DNA from: Spongospora subterranea f. sp. subterranea
Lineage: Eukaryota
DNA length: 20,000 nucleotides
Assembly (NCBI GenBank): GCA_049724395.1
Contig: JAUGWO010000113.1
Location: 173,563-193,562 of the forward strand
Reading direction: 5' to 3'
This document shows positions 19,397 through 20,000 of this stretch, piece by piece; the first letter of the stretch is position 1, and each line of letters begins with the position of its first letter. A program made the position numbers and the translations under genes. The notes under the pieces were generated by a model. It had not been told where the DNA came from. It saw only the letters and a list, made by a program, of their open reading frames with translations, and did no database searches.

Positions 19397-20000
19397 CGCA
19401 CCTTCGCTATTGAATCTGGAGCTAGTTCGGTGTTTAAAATCTTGTGTCGGTGGGTTTCGAACTTCTGCTCGCTCAATGGTTTTGTAAAAAGGTCCGCAAT
19501 CATTGTTTCAGTTGGGCAGTATACGACTTTGATCCGGCCTTCCTTGATCTTTTCCCGGATAAAATGGTACTTGATATCCACATGTTTGGTTCTTGACTTA
19601 TTGCAGTCGTTTGTTTGAAGAAAAATCGCTCCCTGGTTGTCCTGATGGAGGATGGACCTCTTGTTTGTGATGATACGTAGTTCCGCTAATAGGTCTTGCA
19701 ACCAGATCGCTTCCTTTGTGGCGTCACACGCGGCCATATATTCGGCCTCTGTGGTAGATAAGGTTACCGCTTTCTGCTTTGTACTTTTCCATGAAATAGT
19801 ATTGTTGCCTATTTTGTAAATCCATCCAGTCGTCGATTTGCGGTCGTTTTTGTCACCGGCAAAATCGCTGTCGGCGTATCCTTGGATAGTTGATGAACCT
19901 TTTGTAAAAGTGAAGCCCGAGTTCTTGTGTAGTGTTTAAATACTTGATAATTTTCTGGATTGCTCTCCACAGATTTGGTGATGGTGATGTAACATAGCGG
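19360..20000 (-). mobile_element. Ty1/copia pol C-terminus (RT end and RNase H), frameshifted, runs off the window
   Basis: LWRAIQKIIKYL, a frameshift near 19917, then GYADSDFAGDKNDRKSTTG, ISWKSTKQKAVTLSTTEAEYMA, HQDNQGAI, RTKHVDIKYHFIRE and YCPTETMIADLFTKPL. Confidence 0.97.

Overview
Eukaryotic (fungal/protist-like) repeat-rich window with no prokaryotic gene organisation. It holds one plausible host ORF (320 aa, signal-peptide-like) among nested transposon relics: an IS630/Tc1-type DDE transposase, a Ty3/gypsy gag-protease-RT fragment, a pogo DDE transposase, a non-LTR RT and Ty1/copia RT/RNase H pieces. It also has a 67-bp tandem array and several long imperfect fold-back (hairpin) segments. 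The most interesting structure is the 366-bp repeat at 15539-19220, which resolves on the minus strand into a tandem array of miniature LTR retroelements (TRIM). Each has a 113-bp TG..CA LTR, a gypsy-type polypurine tract and an apparent Tf1-style self-priming site instead of a tRNA PBS, and two pairs of 5-bp target-site duplications flank the LTR ends. One unit is interrupted by a poly(A)-tailed SINE-like insert with a 12-bp TSD. Family assignments come from motif recognition by eye; no database searches or folding programs were run.
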